The notes: generated by a model not told the origin, from the letters alone. DNA of 57,730 nucleotides from an uncultured Mycoplasma sp. (GCA_946500895.1 CAMMXG010000005.1:1-57730), one strand, 5' to 3'; shown: positions 20,372-29,919, numbered from the stretch's first letter. Numbers and translations: made by a program.

Positions 20372-20557
20372 AATTTCCCTCCTGTTATAAAATAATCCAA
20401 TTTAACTATAATATAAATTTTAAAAGATTTCAATATTAACTTTTTGTTTTATTTAATAAAATTAGACCATTTTATAATTTTAGGAAAGTTATTAAAATGG
20501 AGGTATTTAAAAAATATTTTTTCTATGATATACTTACTATAGAAAGTAGGGAATATA

Positions 20558-21346
20558 GTGAAATTAGATGGAAAAGTAGCAATTGTTACTGGTGGTGCAA
20601 TGGGTATTGGTAGAGGTATTGTGAATGTGTTCCTAAAATATGGGGCAAAAGTTGTTATTCTTGATAGTTCTGAAAAACTTAAAGATACGATTTTAGATTT
20701 AAATAATAAGTATCCCGGAATGATTAATGGCTTTATTGTTGATATTCGAAAACAATCTATGCTTGATGCAGTTTTCAGTGAAGTTAAAAATACTTATGGT
20801 ACTGTTGATATCCTTGTTAATAATGCGGGAGTATGTAAGCTTGCTAGTTTTGAAGATATGAGCGAAGAATTACGAGATTTTCACTTTGATATTAATATTG
20901 TTGGTACTTGGATGGTTACTCACACTTTTTTACCACTTTTAAAGATAAGGGGTGGTGCAATTGTTAATTTATCAAGTGTAACAGGGCCTTGCGTAGCTGA
21001 CCCAGGTGAAGTTGCTTATGCGACTAGTAAGGCAGCAGTTCTTGGGTTTACCAAAAGTTTAGCTGCAGAATTAGTTAAAGATAAGATACGTGTTAATGCG
21101 ATTATGCCAGGTTATGTTGCAACACCTATGGTAGAGGGTATGGCAAAAGAATCAAATAGTAGTGATCCGACATCTGTTGTAGATGGTATTGCAAAGGCCA
21201 TTCCGATGGGTAGACTTGCAGAGCCAGAAGAAATTGGAGAGTTAGCAGCTTTTCTAGCAAGTAGTGAGGCTAGTTATATTACTGGTCAAGGGATTGTAAT
21301 AGATGGTGGTTCTACTTTACCTGAGACTATGACTATGGGAGTATAA
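20558..21346 (+). CDS. ucpA: SDR oxidoreductase, UcpA-like
   Basis: TGGAMGIG, NNAG, VADPGEVAYATSK, DGGSTLPET. Confidence 0.85.
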   Translation: MKLDGKVAIVTGGAMGIGRGIVNVFLKYGAKVVILDSSEKLKDTILDLNNKYPGMINGFIVDIRKQSMLDAVFSEVKNTYGTVDILVNNAGVCKLASFEDMSEELRDFHFDINIVGTWMVTHTFLPLLKIRGGAIVNLSSVTGPCVADPGEVAYATSKAAVLGFTKSLAAELVKDKIRVNAIMPGYVATPMVEGMAKESNSSDPTSVVDGIAKAIPMGRLAEPEEIGELAAFLASSEASYITGQGIVIDGGSTLPETMTMGV

Positions 21347-21347
21347 T

Positions 21348-21803
21348 ATGAAATTTGATATAAAAAATGTTTTAATGTTTGTGATGGTGGCTTTATTAGC
21401 TTTTTTGGCTATCTATAAAATATTTAGCAAAGAAGAAATTACTGTTAATGACGATAAAGTTACTGATGAAGCTGTTTTTGATGTTACAGTAAGTGCTGAA
21501 GTAGCAGTAAAGCTTTATTATGAAAGTGATAGAAAATATTATTTGTATGGATTAGATGAAGTAATGGTTACGTATAAGAATGAAACTAAAACTTTGAAAA
21601 GTTTTTTGAGTGATGGAGTATCTATTGAAGATTTGGTTAGTCATATGGAAACTAATGCTTTTTATGATGGTGGTACTAATCTTTATCGTGATGATACAAC
21701 AGCAGTTTTGGTTTGTCATCGCATTATTGGTAATGGCACTTATAATGAGAATGTTTATATTGGTAACTCTAGTATGGGTTTTGAGGAAGGATTTTGTAGA
21801 TAA
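21348..21803 (+). CDS. Hypothetical membrane-anchored protein
   Basis: N-terminal TM helix; operonic spacing. Confidence 0.65.
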   Translation: MKFDIKNVLMFVMVALLAFLAIYKIFSKEEITVNDDKVTDEAVFDVTVSAEVAVKLYYESDRKYYLYGLDEVMVTYKNETKTLKSFLSDGVSIEDLVSHMETNAFYDGGTNLYRDDTTAVLVCHRIIGNGTYNENVYIGNSSMGFEEGFCR

Positions 21804-21805
21804 TT

Positions 21806-22318
21806 ATGGAATTAACTAAAGTAATGGAAGAAAGAAGAAGTGTAAGACATTATAATGATAAAAAATTAGATAGAAAAACAATTGTAGATATTTTAAATTA
21901 TGGTATTATGGCACCATCAGCACATAACAGGCAACCTTGGCATTTTATTGTTGTAGAAGATCAAGCCAAAAAAGAGAATATTGCTAATGTGCTTGAACAT
22001 TCTAGTGATGATCCGGTAATGGTTACTTGTAATGTCATAAAAGAATGTAGTGCGCTTGTTTTAGTTTTTGCTGATATTACAGAGGAAGTTATGGATGTTC
22101 AATCAGTTGGAGCTTGTATTGAAAATATGGTTTTGAGAGCAAAAGATTTAGATGTTGCTAGTTTGTGGATTGGCTATATTTTAAGAATAGAAAAAGAGCT
22201 TCAAAAAGAATTTTCTTGTGATAAGAAGTTGATTGCCGCAGTAGCGCTTGGATATACTGATCATTTTCCAAGTAAACGACCTAGAAAAACATTAGAAGAA
22301 GTAAGTGAGTGGTATTAA
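21806..22318 (+). CDS. Nitroreductase family protein
   Basis: RRSVRHY, APSAHNRQPW, VALGY. Confidence 0.9.
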   Translation: MELTKVMEERRSVRHYNDKKLDRKTIVDILNYGIMAPSAHNRQPWHFIVVEDQAKKENIANVLEHSSDDPVMVTCNVIKECSALVLVFADITEEVMDVQSVGACIENMVLRAKDLDVASLWIGYILRIEKELQKEFSCDKKLIAAVALGYTDHFPSKRPRKTLEEVSEWY

Positions 22319-22321
22319 TTT

Positions 22322-23254
22322 ATGAAGAAAAAGGTTGTTATTTTGCTTGTGGTTTTGGTTGTGACGATTGGTGTTTGTGTTGGAGCATATTTTCTTTTTA
22401 CAAATGATAGAAATATACCAAATGTTCCTCCCGAACCAGAGATCACAGAAAATAATAAGAATACACTTGATAATGATACGATGCCTAGAGTAGATGCTAG
22501 TTTGGCAACCCAGCCTTTAATGGATGCCTATGTAGAATATTTTGCTAATGAAGATATTTTAACCGATGTCAAAAATAATTATACAAATACTCATCCAGCT
22601 TATGAAAAGTTAGTTAATAATGAAACAGATTTAATCATTGTTACTGAGCCAAGTGAAGAAGAACTAAAGATGGCTCATGATGCCGGAGTAGAGCTTACAA
22701 TTACAAAAGTTGTAAATGAAGGATTTGTTTTCTTTGTTAATGCCCAAAATCCTGTTAATGGACTTACTTTAGAGGAAATTGTGGACATTTATTCTGGGGA
22801 AGTTAATTATTGGAATGAAGTTGGTGGAAATAATAGCAGAATTATTCCTTATCAAAGACCAATTAATTCAGGAAGTCAAACTGGAATGCTTTCTTTAGTG
22901 ATGAAAGATGTACCAATGAGGACACCAACTAGTGAAGAGGCGATTGAATCCATGGGTGGTATTATTGATATTGTCGCTGATTATGATAATAATATTGATG
23001 GAATTGGATATTCTTATTATTACTACGCTAATGTGATGTATCATACTCCAGATATTAAGTTTTTAGCGATTGATGGGGTAGAGCCATCTTATGAGACGAT
23101 AGGAAATGGAACTTATCCACTTATGACCGCTTATTATATTGTCACCAGAAGTGATGCTGATGAGAAAACTTTAGCATTTAAAGATTTACTTTTATCAGAG
23201 GAAGGCATGAAAGTAGCCGAGGAGGCAGGTTATGTCCCAACGCAAACAAATTAA
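22322..23254 (+). CDS. PstS-like (PBP_like_2) substrate-binding protein
   Basis: FVFFVN..NPV..LT, QRPINSGSQ, IGYS, YPL. Confidence 0.8.
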   Translation: MKKKVVILLVVLVVTIGVCVGAYFLFTNDRNIPNVPPEPEITENNKNTLDNDTMPRVDASLATQPLMDAYVEYFANEDILTDVKNNYTNTHPAYEKLVNNETDLIIVTEPSEEELKMAHDAGVELTITKVVNEGFVFFVNAQNPVNGLTLEEIVDIYSGEVNYWNEVGGNNSRIIPYQRPINSGSQTGMLSLVMKDVPMRTPTSEEAIESMGGIIDIVADYDNNIDGIGYSYYYYANVMYHTPDIKFLAIDGVEPSYETIGNGTYPLMTAYYIVTRSDADEKTLAFKDLLLSEEGMKVAEEAGYVPTQTN

Positions 23255-24755
23255 AAAAGGTGATATATTCTTTTATCTTTTTTTAGTGATATTAGTTTTG
23301 GCTATTGTTGGAGTTACTATTTGGTTAATATATGATAAAAATCGTGTTGATAACTTAGATGATACTAACAATCCAACTAATAATCAACCTGATATGCCTT
23401 ATTTTACTTTTGAAAGTGTTAGTGAGGCACCTGTTATGGATGTGTTTTCTGAATATTATTACAATCCCATTGATATTAAATATGTTAATCATAAAGTAGT
23501 AATTGATGGATTAAAAAATCAGGAAGTTCAAAATAAAGTTAATAGTGCCTTAAGTGAATTAGAACTTTATCAAAATCGTGATGGGGAAGAATATTGTAAT
23601 GTTACTTTTAATGTATCTAATGTGTTATCTGTTTCTTGTAATGGCAAATCGAAAAATATTAACTTAGTTACAGGCGAAGAAATAAAATTAGAAGATATTT
23701 TACAACATGATAGTAATTTAAGATTTATTTTACTTGATAGTATTTATAAAAATATGTGTGCTTGGGGTGGATGTGATCCTGAGTATTGGTACGATCAAAC
23801 TGAATATAACGATGCTGATGATTTTGTTACTGAAATTTTTAGAGATATTCAAAAAAAAGATTATGAGCTTATTTTGTATAATAATAGCTTTTATTTAGAA
23901 ACGGATATAGATGTAGAAATTGGCTTGGGTGGATTTTACTTTTCTGATTTTCTAGATGATGTTACTATTTATGATCGCTTTTTAACTGATGAAAATATTT
24001 ATGAAGAAGAACCTAGTCGTTTTTGTCATCCTCAGGATTGTACTGATTATGAATCAGAATATTCTTATGATATGATGGATTTTATTGCGGATAATGTGTA
24101 TTTGAGTGGAAGCTTATATAATTTTACTAATACTGATCTTTTAGAAAATGATTATGAAGAAAAAGATTTTGATGATGAGGCAATAGAGAAGCTTTATGAT
24201 TATATTAATGAGTTGTATAATTTAGATGTTTCTGATAATTATCAATATGTTCAGATTTTTGGATATCTTTATAATACAAATTTGGGATATACTAATGTAA
24301 TTATTGAGATGGAAGAAACTGAGCTAAATTATGAAGATTTTCGAAAAAGGTTGTTCAATGAAGTTGATAGAATAGACCCTATATCTAATAAAGAAATTTT
24401 GGATGTCAGTATTATTATTGATAGTAGTGGCAATATAAGTAAGTTAGAAGATGATCCAAATAAATTATTTGTTAACTTTGAGGAAATATTAGCTAGTTAT
24501 ATTACAAATGATTATAATTTGAATGGAAGTAATAGTCCATTTTATAGTTACATAGATGTATGTTATATGGAAGATGATTATAATGAGTGTATGGCTAATT
24601 TGGATTTTATGAACTTGGTTAAGAGTGCTAGTTATAGTATTGATTTGGAAAATAGAAGAATTTATATGCGTTATACAGAAGGAGATGGAATTATGGCTTA
24701 TGCTTATATTTCAACATTTATTCCTTTTGAATTATTTGAACTGAAAACTACTTAA
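23232..24755 (+). CDS. Hypothetical membrane-anchored acidic protein
   Basis: N-terminal TM helix; long ORF. Confidence 0.65.
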   Translation: MSQRKQIKKGDIFFYLFLVILVLAIVGVTIWLIYDKNRVDNLDDTNNPTNNQPDMPYFTFESVSEAPVMDVFSEYYYNPIDIKYVNHKVVIDGLKNQEVQNKVNSALSELELYQNRDGEEYCNVTFNVSNVLSVSCNGKSKNINLVTGEEIKLEDILQHDSNLRFILLDSIYKNMCAWGGCDPEYWYDQTEYNDADDFVTEIFRDIQKKDYELILYNNSFYLETDIDVEIGLGGFYFSDFLDDVTIYDRFLTDENIYEEEPSRFCHPQDCTDYESEYSYDMMDFIADNVYLSGSLYNFTNTDLLENDYEEKDFDDEAIEKLYDYINELYNLDVSDNYQYVQIFGYLYNTNLGYTNVIIEMEETELNYEDFRKRLFNEVDRIDPISNKEILDVSIIIDSSGNISKLEDDPNKLFVNFEEILASYITNDYNLNGSNSPFYSYIDVCYMEDDYNECMANLDFMNLVKSASYSIDLENRRIYMRYTEGDGIMAYAYISTFIPFELFELKTT

Positions 24756-24831
24756 TTGTAGTTTTTTCTTTATTAAGTATAGTCAAAAATATAAATTATT
24801 GATATAATAAAGTAATTAAGGATATGATAAT

Positions 24832-25698
24832 ATGAATCGTTATGAAAGTACAAAAAGAGTTAGTTTTTTAGGAATTGTTGGCAATGTTTTTTTGCTTATT
24901 ATCAAATTTATTGTGGCAATATTTAGCCATAGTGAGGCTATGATGGCTGATGCAGTTAATTCAGCAGGAGATATTTTTTCTTCAATCATGTCTTATATTG
25001 GTAATAAAATAGCTTGTGTTCCTAGTGATGATGATCATAATTTTGGTCATGGTAAAGCAGAATATATATTTTCGATGTTTATTAGTATTTTTATGATTAT
25101 AATTGGGGTAAAAATTCTTTTTGATTCTATTATGGCTATTATAGAAGGAGATACTTTTCAATTTTCTATTTATTTAATACTTGTTTGTATCGTAACTATT
25201 GTTGTTAAATTACTACTTTATTTATATGCAAGAAAGAGTTATAACAATCATCATAATATTCTCGTTAAAGCAACCATGAAGGATCATCGAAATGATATGT
25301 TACTTACACTTGGTACTTTATTGTCAGTTATATTAGGTTATTTTGGATATTATTTTTTTGATGGAATATTTGGCTCTATTACTTCTATATATATTATTGT
25401 TACAGGGCTTGGTATTATGATGGAAGCTTACCATGTTTTAATGGATGCATCTATTAGTAAAAAAGATAAAGATTTAATTGTGGAGTTTATTTTAAATAAT
25501 CAAGATGTTGTGAAAGTAGAAGATTTTTATACTGTTCCAGTTGGTTACAAATATGTTGCTGTTTTAACGATTGATTTAGATGGAAATATGAGTACGTTTG
25601 CATCTCATGAGATAGCTGATACTATTGAAAAAGAAATTACTAAAAAGTTTAAAAAAATATATAAAGTTATTATTCATGTTAATCCGGTAGAGAGGTAA
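24832..25698 (+). CDS. Cation diffusion facilitator (CDF) transporter
   Basis: ADAVNSAGD, HNFGHGKAEY, DHRND, IHVNP. Confidence 0.9.
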   Translation: MNRYESTKRVSFLGIVGNVFLLIIKFIVAIFSHSEAMMADAVNSAGDIFSSIMSYIGNKIACVPSDDDHNFGHGKAEYIFSMFISIFMIIIGVKILFDSIMAIIEGDTFQFSIYLILVCIVTIVVKLLLYLYARKSYNNHHNILVKATMKDHRNDMLLTLGTLLSVILGYFGYYFFDGIFGSITSIYIIVTGLGIMMEAYHVLMDASISKKDKDLIVEFILNNQDVVKVEDFYTVPVGYKYVAVLTIDLDGNMSTFASHEIADTIEKEITKKFKKIYKVIIHVNPVER

Positions 25699-25702
25699 TA
25701 AA

Positions 25703-26515
25703 ATGTTTTTTGTAATAGAGTTTGTAGTGTTATTTGTCATTGTGTTTATTATTGTTTATACGAGTAGTAAAAATGAAGAGAAAAATAAGGGATATAATAT
25801 ATTATCTATCAATCAAGATGTACCTTATTATAGAGATATACCTACTTCTTTAGAAGATGCATTTTTTGTTGGTTCTTTGTTTGGACTTGCAGATAATATT
25901 AGTGATTTTATAGGGGCAATGATTTTAAAATGGTTAAAAGAGAAAAAAATTAAGCTGGTTAAAGAAAATGATAAGATTTATTTTGATATGTCTAATTATT
26001 TTAAAACAGAAGAAGGTTATGAAAGAGATATTTATATTAAGCTTTTAGTGGCGAGTGGTTCTAATAAAAGATTAGAAGAACACGAATTTGCAGCTTTTTT
26101 TGAACAGGATGATGTTATTAAATGGCTTAATGATATGTTTCAGGAAATAAAAGATAATTATGAAGAAAAGGGACATTTTAAAAGAAAAGTATATGGGTTT
26201 AAGTATCAGTATTATATTAGTGATGAGTTAAAGAAGAAAGCTTATCAGTTAGCAGGCTTAAAAAAGTTTTTGAAAGATTTTTCTCGAATACATGAAAGAG
26301 AAGCAATAGAAGTTGTTTTATGGGAGGATTATCTTATATATGCGCAGTTATTAGGTATTGCAGATGAAGTGGAAGAACAAATGGAAAATATATATCCTGA
26401 TTTTAATAGAATAATTGATTATAAAATATTAAAAGCATCAGTATTTACTAGTTTATCTATTTCCCTTAGCATTGTTTTAACTTCTTTAATTGGTGGTGTG
26501 GGTAAAAATAAATAA
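25703..26515 (+). CDS. DUF2207-like membrane protein
   Basis: YYRDIP...GLKKFLKDFS...WEDYLIYAQLLGIA. Confidence 0.75.
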   Translation: MFFVIEFVVLFVIVFIIVYTSSKNEEKNKGYNILSINQDVPYYRDIPTSLEDAFFVGSLFGLADNISDFIGAMILKWLKEKKIKLVKENDKIYFDMSNYFKTEEGYERDIYIKLLVASGSNKRLEEHEFAAFFEQDDVIKWLNDMFQEIKDNYEEKGHFKRKVYGFKYQYYISDELKKKAYQLAGLKKFLKDFSRIHEREAIEVVLWEDYLIYAQLLGIADEVEEQMENIYPDFNRIIDYKILKASVFTSLSISLSIVLTSLIGGVGKNK

Positions 26516-26532
26516 ATAATTGATGTTAAATG

Positions 26533-26541
26533 TGGTACAAT
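26533..26541 (+). promoter_or_regulatory. Extended -10 promoter of TR unit 1
   Basis: TG-G-TACAAT, 5 nt before the conserved TGGTTAATCT. Confidence 0.6.
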
Positions 26542-26546
26542 AGGTT

Positions 26547-26807
26547 TGGTTAATCTAGATAAGTGCAACACTTTTTGTCTCCACGTAACTTTAACAGCGG
26601 TAATGCTAACGTGTTCATTGTGAATACGAGTGGCAACCTCAACAACGACTGGGTGGATAACACGTGGGGTGTGCGCCCAATATCCTTTTAAACTTAGTAT
26701 TTGGTTAAGGCTAAATAAAAAAGCATTAGGATACAAGATTAGCCATTGGATAATTCCTAAATAATTAATATTGATGTTTTAAATCTTGTATTTAAAATTA
26801 GGACAAT
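26547..26807 (+). ncRNA. DGR-like TR RNA unit 1 (TR about 26577-26679 plus conserved tail)
   Basis: AAC/AAT-rich; reads SPRNFNSGNANVFIVNTSGNLNNDWVDNTWGVRP; tail near-identical to units 2 and 3; terminator-like hairpin at about 26811-26836. Confidence 0.85.
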
Positions 26808-26936
26808 ATTAGGGCTGGAAATACTCTAGCCTTTTTATATGACAAAGTAAGACAAAACTTGTCAAAATAATCTCCTAGATAAGTGCTTTTATCTATTGTA
26901 TAATAATTATATTCTTTATAACAAAGGGGATTTTGG

Positions 26937-27854
26937 ATGGAAGAAATAAATTATTACAACGAAATTAAAAATTTGATTGAGAATTATGAAGTTAATCATA
27001 GAGTACGCATTTTCCAAGACAATAGTGAAAAATTACAAATGAACTGGAATATAGGACGATTGTTAGTAGAGGCGCAGGGTAGTTTAAATCGCGCCAAATA
27101 TGGTGATGGGTTAATTAGGAAATGGTCTAAAGAATTTGAAGCAATTTATGGAAAAAATTATAGCCATACAAATTTAAGATATATGCGTCAATTTTATCTG
27201 TTATTTCCAATTTATCACTCACTGAGTGATAAATTAACCTGGACTCATTATCGATATTTATTACCTATTAAAAGTAAAAATGAAAGAAACTATTATATGA
27301 ATCAAGTAATACTTAATCATTTATCAGTAAGAGAACTAAGAGGATTAATTAAAAGCAAAGCATATGATAGATTATCATATGTAGATAAAGAAAAAATTGA
27401 ATTAATAGATAATCATACTACTTTAAGTATAGAGGATATGATTAAGGAACCAATATTAATTAAAGTAGATAAACGAGCTAGTAAATTAGATGAAAAAGCT
27501 TTACATAAGTATATTATTAATATGCTAGAAGATAGATTCTTAGAATTAGGGACTGGATTTGCTCTTGTTGGGCATGAATTTAAAATTAAAATAAATAATC
27601 ATATATTTAGAATAGATTTATTATTCTTCAATATAAATTTAAACTCTTACATTGTAATAGAATTAAAAACAAGAGAGTTTAAGCCTCAAGATATAGGACA
27701 ATTAGAATTATATGTAAATTATATTGATAAAAATATTAAATTATCTAATCATAATAAAACTATTGGTATATTAATAGTTAAAAAGAAAGATAAATATGTA
27801 ATAGAGTATGTTACTAATAAAGAGGTTTTTATTACAACTTATAAATTAGTATAA
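26937..27854 (+). CDS. DUF1016/YhcG-family PD-(D/E)xK nuclease, copy 1
   Basis: WNIGRLLVEAQ...AKYG...MRQFY...LTWTHY; RIDLLFFN...YIVIELK...DIGQL..YVNY. Confidence 0.9.
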   Translation: MEEINYYNEIKNLIENYEVNHRVRIFQDNSEKLQMNWNIGRLLVEAQGSLNRAKYGDGLIRKWSKEFEAIYGKNYSHTNLRYMRQFYLLFPIYHSLSDKLTWTHYRYLLPIKSKNERNYYMNQVILNHLSVRELRGLIKSKAYDRLSYVDKEKIELIDNHTTLSIEDMIKEPILIKVDKRASKLDEKALHKYIINMLEDRFLELGTGFALVGHEFKIKINNHIFRIDLLFFNINLNSYIVIELKTREFKPQDIGQLELYVNYIDKNIKLSNHNKTIGILIVKKKDKYVIEYVTNKEVFITTYKLV

Positions 27855-27865
27855 GTAAATAATGA

Positions 27866-27895
27866 TTGTATTGTTTTGCTCGATAATGTTATAAT
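27866..27895 (+). promoter_or_regulatory. Sigma70-type promoter of TR unit 2
   Basis: TTGTAT-N18-TATAAT with TG extension. Confidence 0.65.
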
Positions 27896-27900
27896 TGGGT

Positions 27901-28160
27901 TGGTTAATCTAGTTAAATGAAGCTAGTCTCCGTCTAACTTTAATGCTACGAACAGTAATGCTTGGGTGTTCAATGTGAATTCGACTGGCAACCTCAACAA
28001 CAACGTGAATAACACGCGAGGTGTGCGCCCAATACCCTTTTAAACTTAATATTTGGTTAAGGCTAAATAAAAAAGCATTAGGGTACAAGATTAATCATTG
28101 GATTTATTCCTAAATAAATAGTATTGATATTTTAAATCTTGTATTTAAAATTAGGACAAT
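27901..28160 (+). ncRNA. DGR-like TR RNA unit 2 (TR about 27926-28031 plus conserved tail)
   Basis: Reads SPSNFNATNSNAWVFNVNSTGNLNNNVNNTRGVRP; same tail; hairpin at about 28164-28195. Confidence 0.85.
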
Positions 28161-28302
28161 GTTAAATAGCCTCAAATTTAATTTGAGACTATTTGTTTTA
28201 TTTATGACAAATTTGGACAAAACATTACAAAATAATCCCCTAGTTATAAGTATTACTTTGTTATATAATAGATGTATTCTTTGCAGTAAAGGGGATTTTG
28301 TT

Positions 28303-29214
28303 ATGAATGAAGAAAAATATTTGGAAGAAATAGAGTATTTAATTAAGAAAAACGAGATTGGTAAACGTAGTAGAAAAATAGAGGAAAATAGTAGTTTAGT
28401 GGAAACATATTGGCAGGTTGGCAAAATTATTGTGGAAGCCCAAGGAGGAAGCAAAAAAGCTAAATATGGGAATGAATTAATTAAGAAGTGGTCAGTTAAA
28501 TTAACAAAAGTTTATGGTAAAGGATATAACATTACTAGTTTAAAACGTTTTCGGCAATTTTATTTGATTTTTGAAAAAGGTGCCCCAGTGGGGAACCAAA
28601 TAAGTTGGACTCATTATCGAGAATTATTGCCTATTAAAGATGAGAATAAGAGAAATTTTTATATTAATTTGTGTATCAAAAATAATTTATCTAAAAGAGA
28701 GTTAATTAATGAAATAAAATTTAATGCATATGAAAGATTAGTTGATAAACCTCCTAAAATTGATATTATTACTTCATCAAAATATTCTATAACTACAGAT
28801 ATGAAAAATCCAATTATTATTCCTGTTAATAATAAGATAAAGAATGAACATGATTTAGAATTAAATATTCTTGCTAATTTAGATTTTTTCTTTAAACAAT
28901 TAGGTAGTGGATTTTTATATGCAGGACATCAATATAAAATAACTGTTGATAATAATAATTATTTTATTGATATTTTACTATTTAACATTGAATTAAATTG
29001 TTATATTGTTGTTGAATTAAAACTTCGAAGTTTAAAAATGGAAGATAAAGCTCAAATGGAATTTTATATGAAATTAGTTGATGAAAGAGTTAAAAAAACA
29101 TTTCATAACAAAACAATAGGAATACTTATTACTAAAGAAAGTGATAAGCTTATAATTAATTTTATTAAAAGTGATGATATTATTCCTTTATGTTATGAAT
29201 TAGTAAAAAGTTAG
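28303..29214 (+). CDS. DUF1016/YhcG-family PD-(D/E)xK nuclease, copy 2
   Basis: YWQVGKIIVEAQ...AKYG...FRQFY...ISWTHY; FIDILLFN...YIVVELK. Start set at ATG 28303 from the AAAGGGGA RBS and alignment with copy 1. Confidence 0.9.
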   Translation: MNEEKYLEEIEYLIKKNEIGKRSRKIEENSSLVETYWQVGKIIVEAQGGSKKAKYGNELIKKWSVKLTKVYGKGYNITSLKRFRQFYLIFEKGAPVGNQISWTHYRELLPIKDENKRNFYINLCIKNNLSKRELINEIKFNAYERLVDKPPKIDIITSSKYSITTDMKNPIIIPVNNKIKNEHDLELNILANLDFFFKQLGSGFLYAGHQYKITVDNNNYFIDILLFNIELNCYIVVELKLRSLKMEDKAQMEFYMKLVDERVKKTFHNKTIGILITKESDKLIINFIKSDDIIPLCYELVKS

Positions 29215-29243
29215 TTGTAATTATCTTGCTATAACTTTATAAT
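29215..29243 (+). promoter_or_regulatory. Sigma70-type promoter of TR unit 3
   Basis: TTGTAA-N17-TATAAT. Confidence 0.7.
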
Positions 29244-29248
29244 AAAAG

Positions 29249-29506
29249 TGGTTAATCTAATATAGAAGCATGTCTCCGAATCGCTTTAACTCTAGTGGTA
29301 ATGCTAACGTGTTCTATGTGAATTCGAATGGCAACTTTGGCAACAACAACGTGAATGGTACGTTAGGTGTGCGCCCAATACCCTTTTAAACTTAATATTT
29401 GGTTAAGGCTAAATAAAAAAGCATTAGGGTACAAGATTAACCATTGGATTTATTCCTAAATAAATTATATTGATATTTTAAATCTTGTATTTAAAATTAG
29501 GACAAT
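29249..29506 (+). ncRNA. DGR-like TR RNA unit 3 (TR about 29270-29377 plus conserved tail)
   Basis: Reads MSPNRFNSSGNANVFYVNSNGNFGNNNVNGTLGVRP; same tail; hairpin at about 29510-29540. Confidence 0.85.
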
Positions 29507-29532
29507 ATGAAAATAACCTCAATTGAATGGGG

Positions 29533-29745
29533 TTATTTTTTCTTAATGATTATTTCAAAACCATTTTTATTTGCAAGTTCTAGTAAATCTTTAAATAAAT
29601 AATTGCTTCTTCCTAGTTCATTTGATTGACACCAATCTTTTGATTTATTGATAGTTTTTGCAAATTCTTTTTGAGTTAAGTCTGTAGCTTGTCTCATAAA
29701 TTTTAGAATGTCATTAGGTTCATAATTGTTTGCTTTTATTTCCAT
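29533..29745 (-). CDS. Small XRE-family HTH regulator, divergent from the VR gene
   Basis: LKFMRQATDLTQKEFAKTINKSKDWCQSNELGRSN. Confidence 0.85.
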   Translation of the reverse strand: MEIKANNYEPNDILKFMRQATDLTQKEFAKTINKSKDWCQSNELGRSNYLFKDLLELANKNGFEIIIKKK

Positions 29746-29796
29746 AAGCTACACCTCTAGTTTGCATTATAACAAAATATATTTTTAATATTTTTA

Positions 29797-29869
29797 AATG
29801 CGTATTGACAATACATTATTAATTTGATATATTGTATTTAAATATAAGCGTATTACAAATACGCTTATA
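29797..29869 (+). promoter_or_regulatory. Promoter of the VR gene with two GTATT-N3-AATAC operator-like palindromes
   Basis: TTGACA (29805)-N17-TATATT; perfect inverted repeat TATAAGCGTATT-ACA-AATACGCTTATA at 29843-29869; a second copy overlaps the -35. Confidence 0.7.
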
Positions 29870-29919
29870 GTATATAATTTTCTTTTCAGAAAATAAATGA
29901 AGGTATACTTCATGAAAGG

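Noticed and set aside
26419-26736. 105-aa minus-strand ORF (and likewise 28110-28454)
   Set aside because: Antisense shadows of the TR units and DUF1016 gene, with no recognisable protein features.
28159-28302. N-terminal extension of DUF1016 copy 2 given in the ORF track
   Set aside because: It spans a terminator-like hairpin and the promoter region. The RBS and alignment with copy 1 support ATG 28303.
26547-29506. The three repeats as a CRISPR array or insertion-sequence ends
   Set aside because: Units are about 260 nt long, separated by whole genes, with no cas or transposase genes. Their variable part matches a protein C-terminus.
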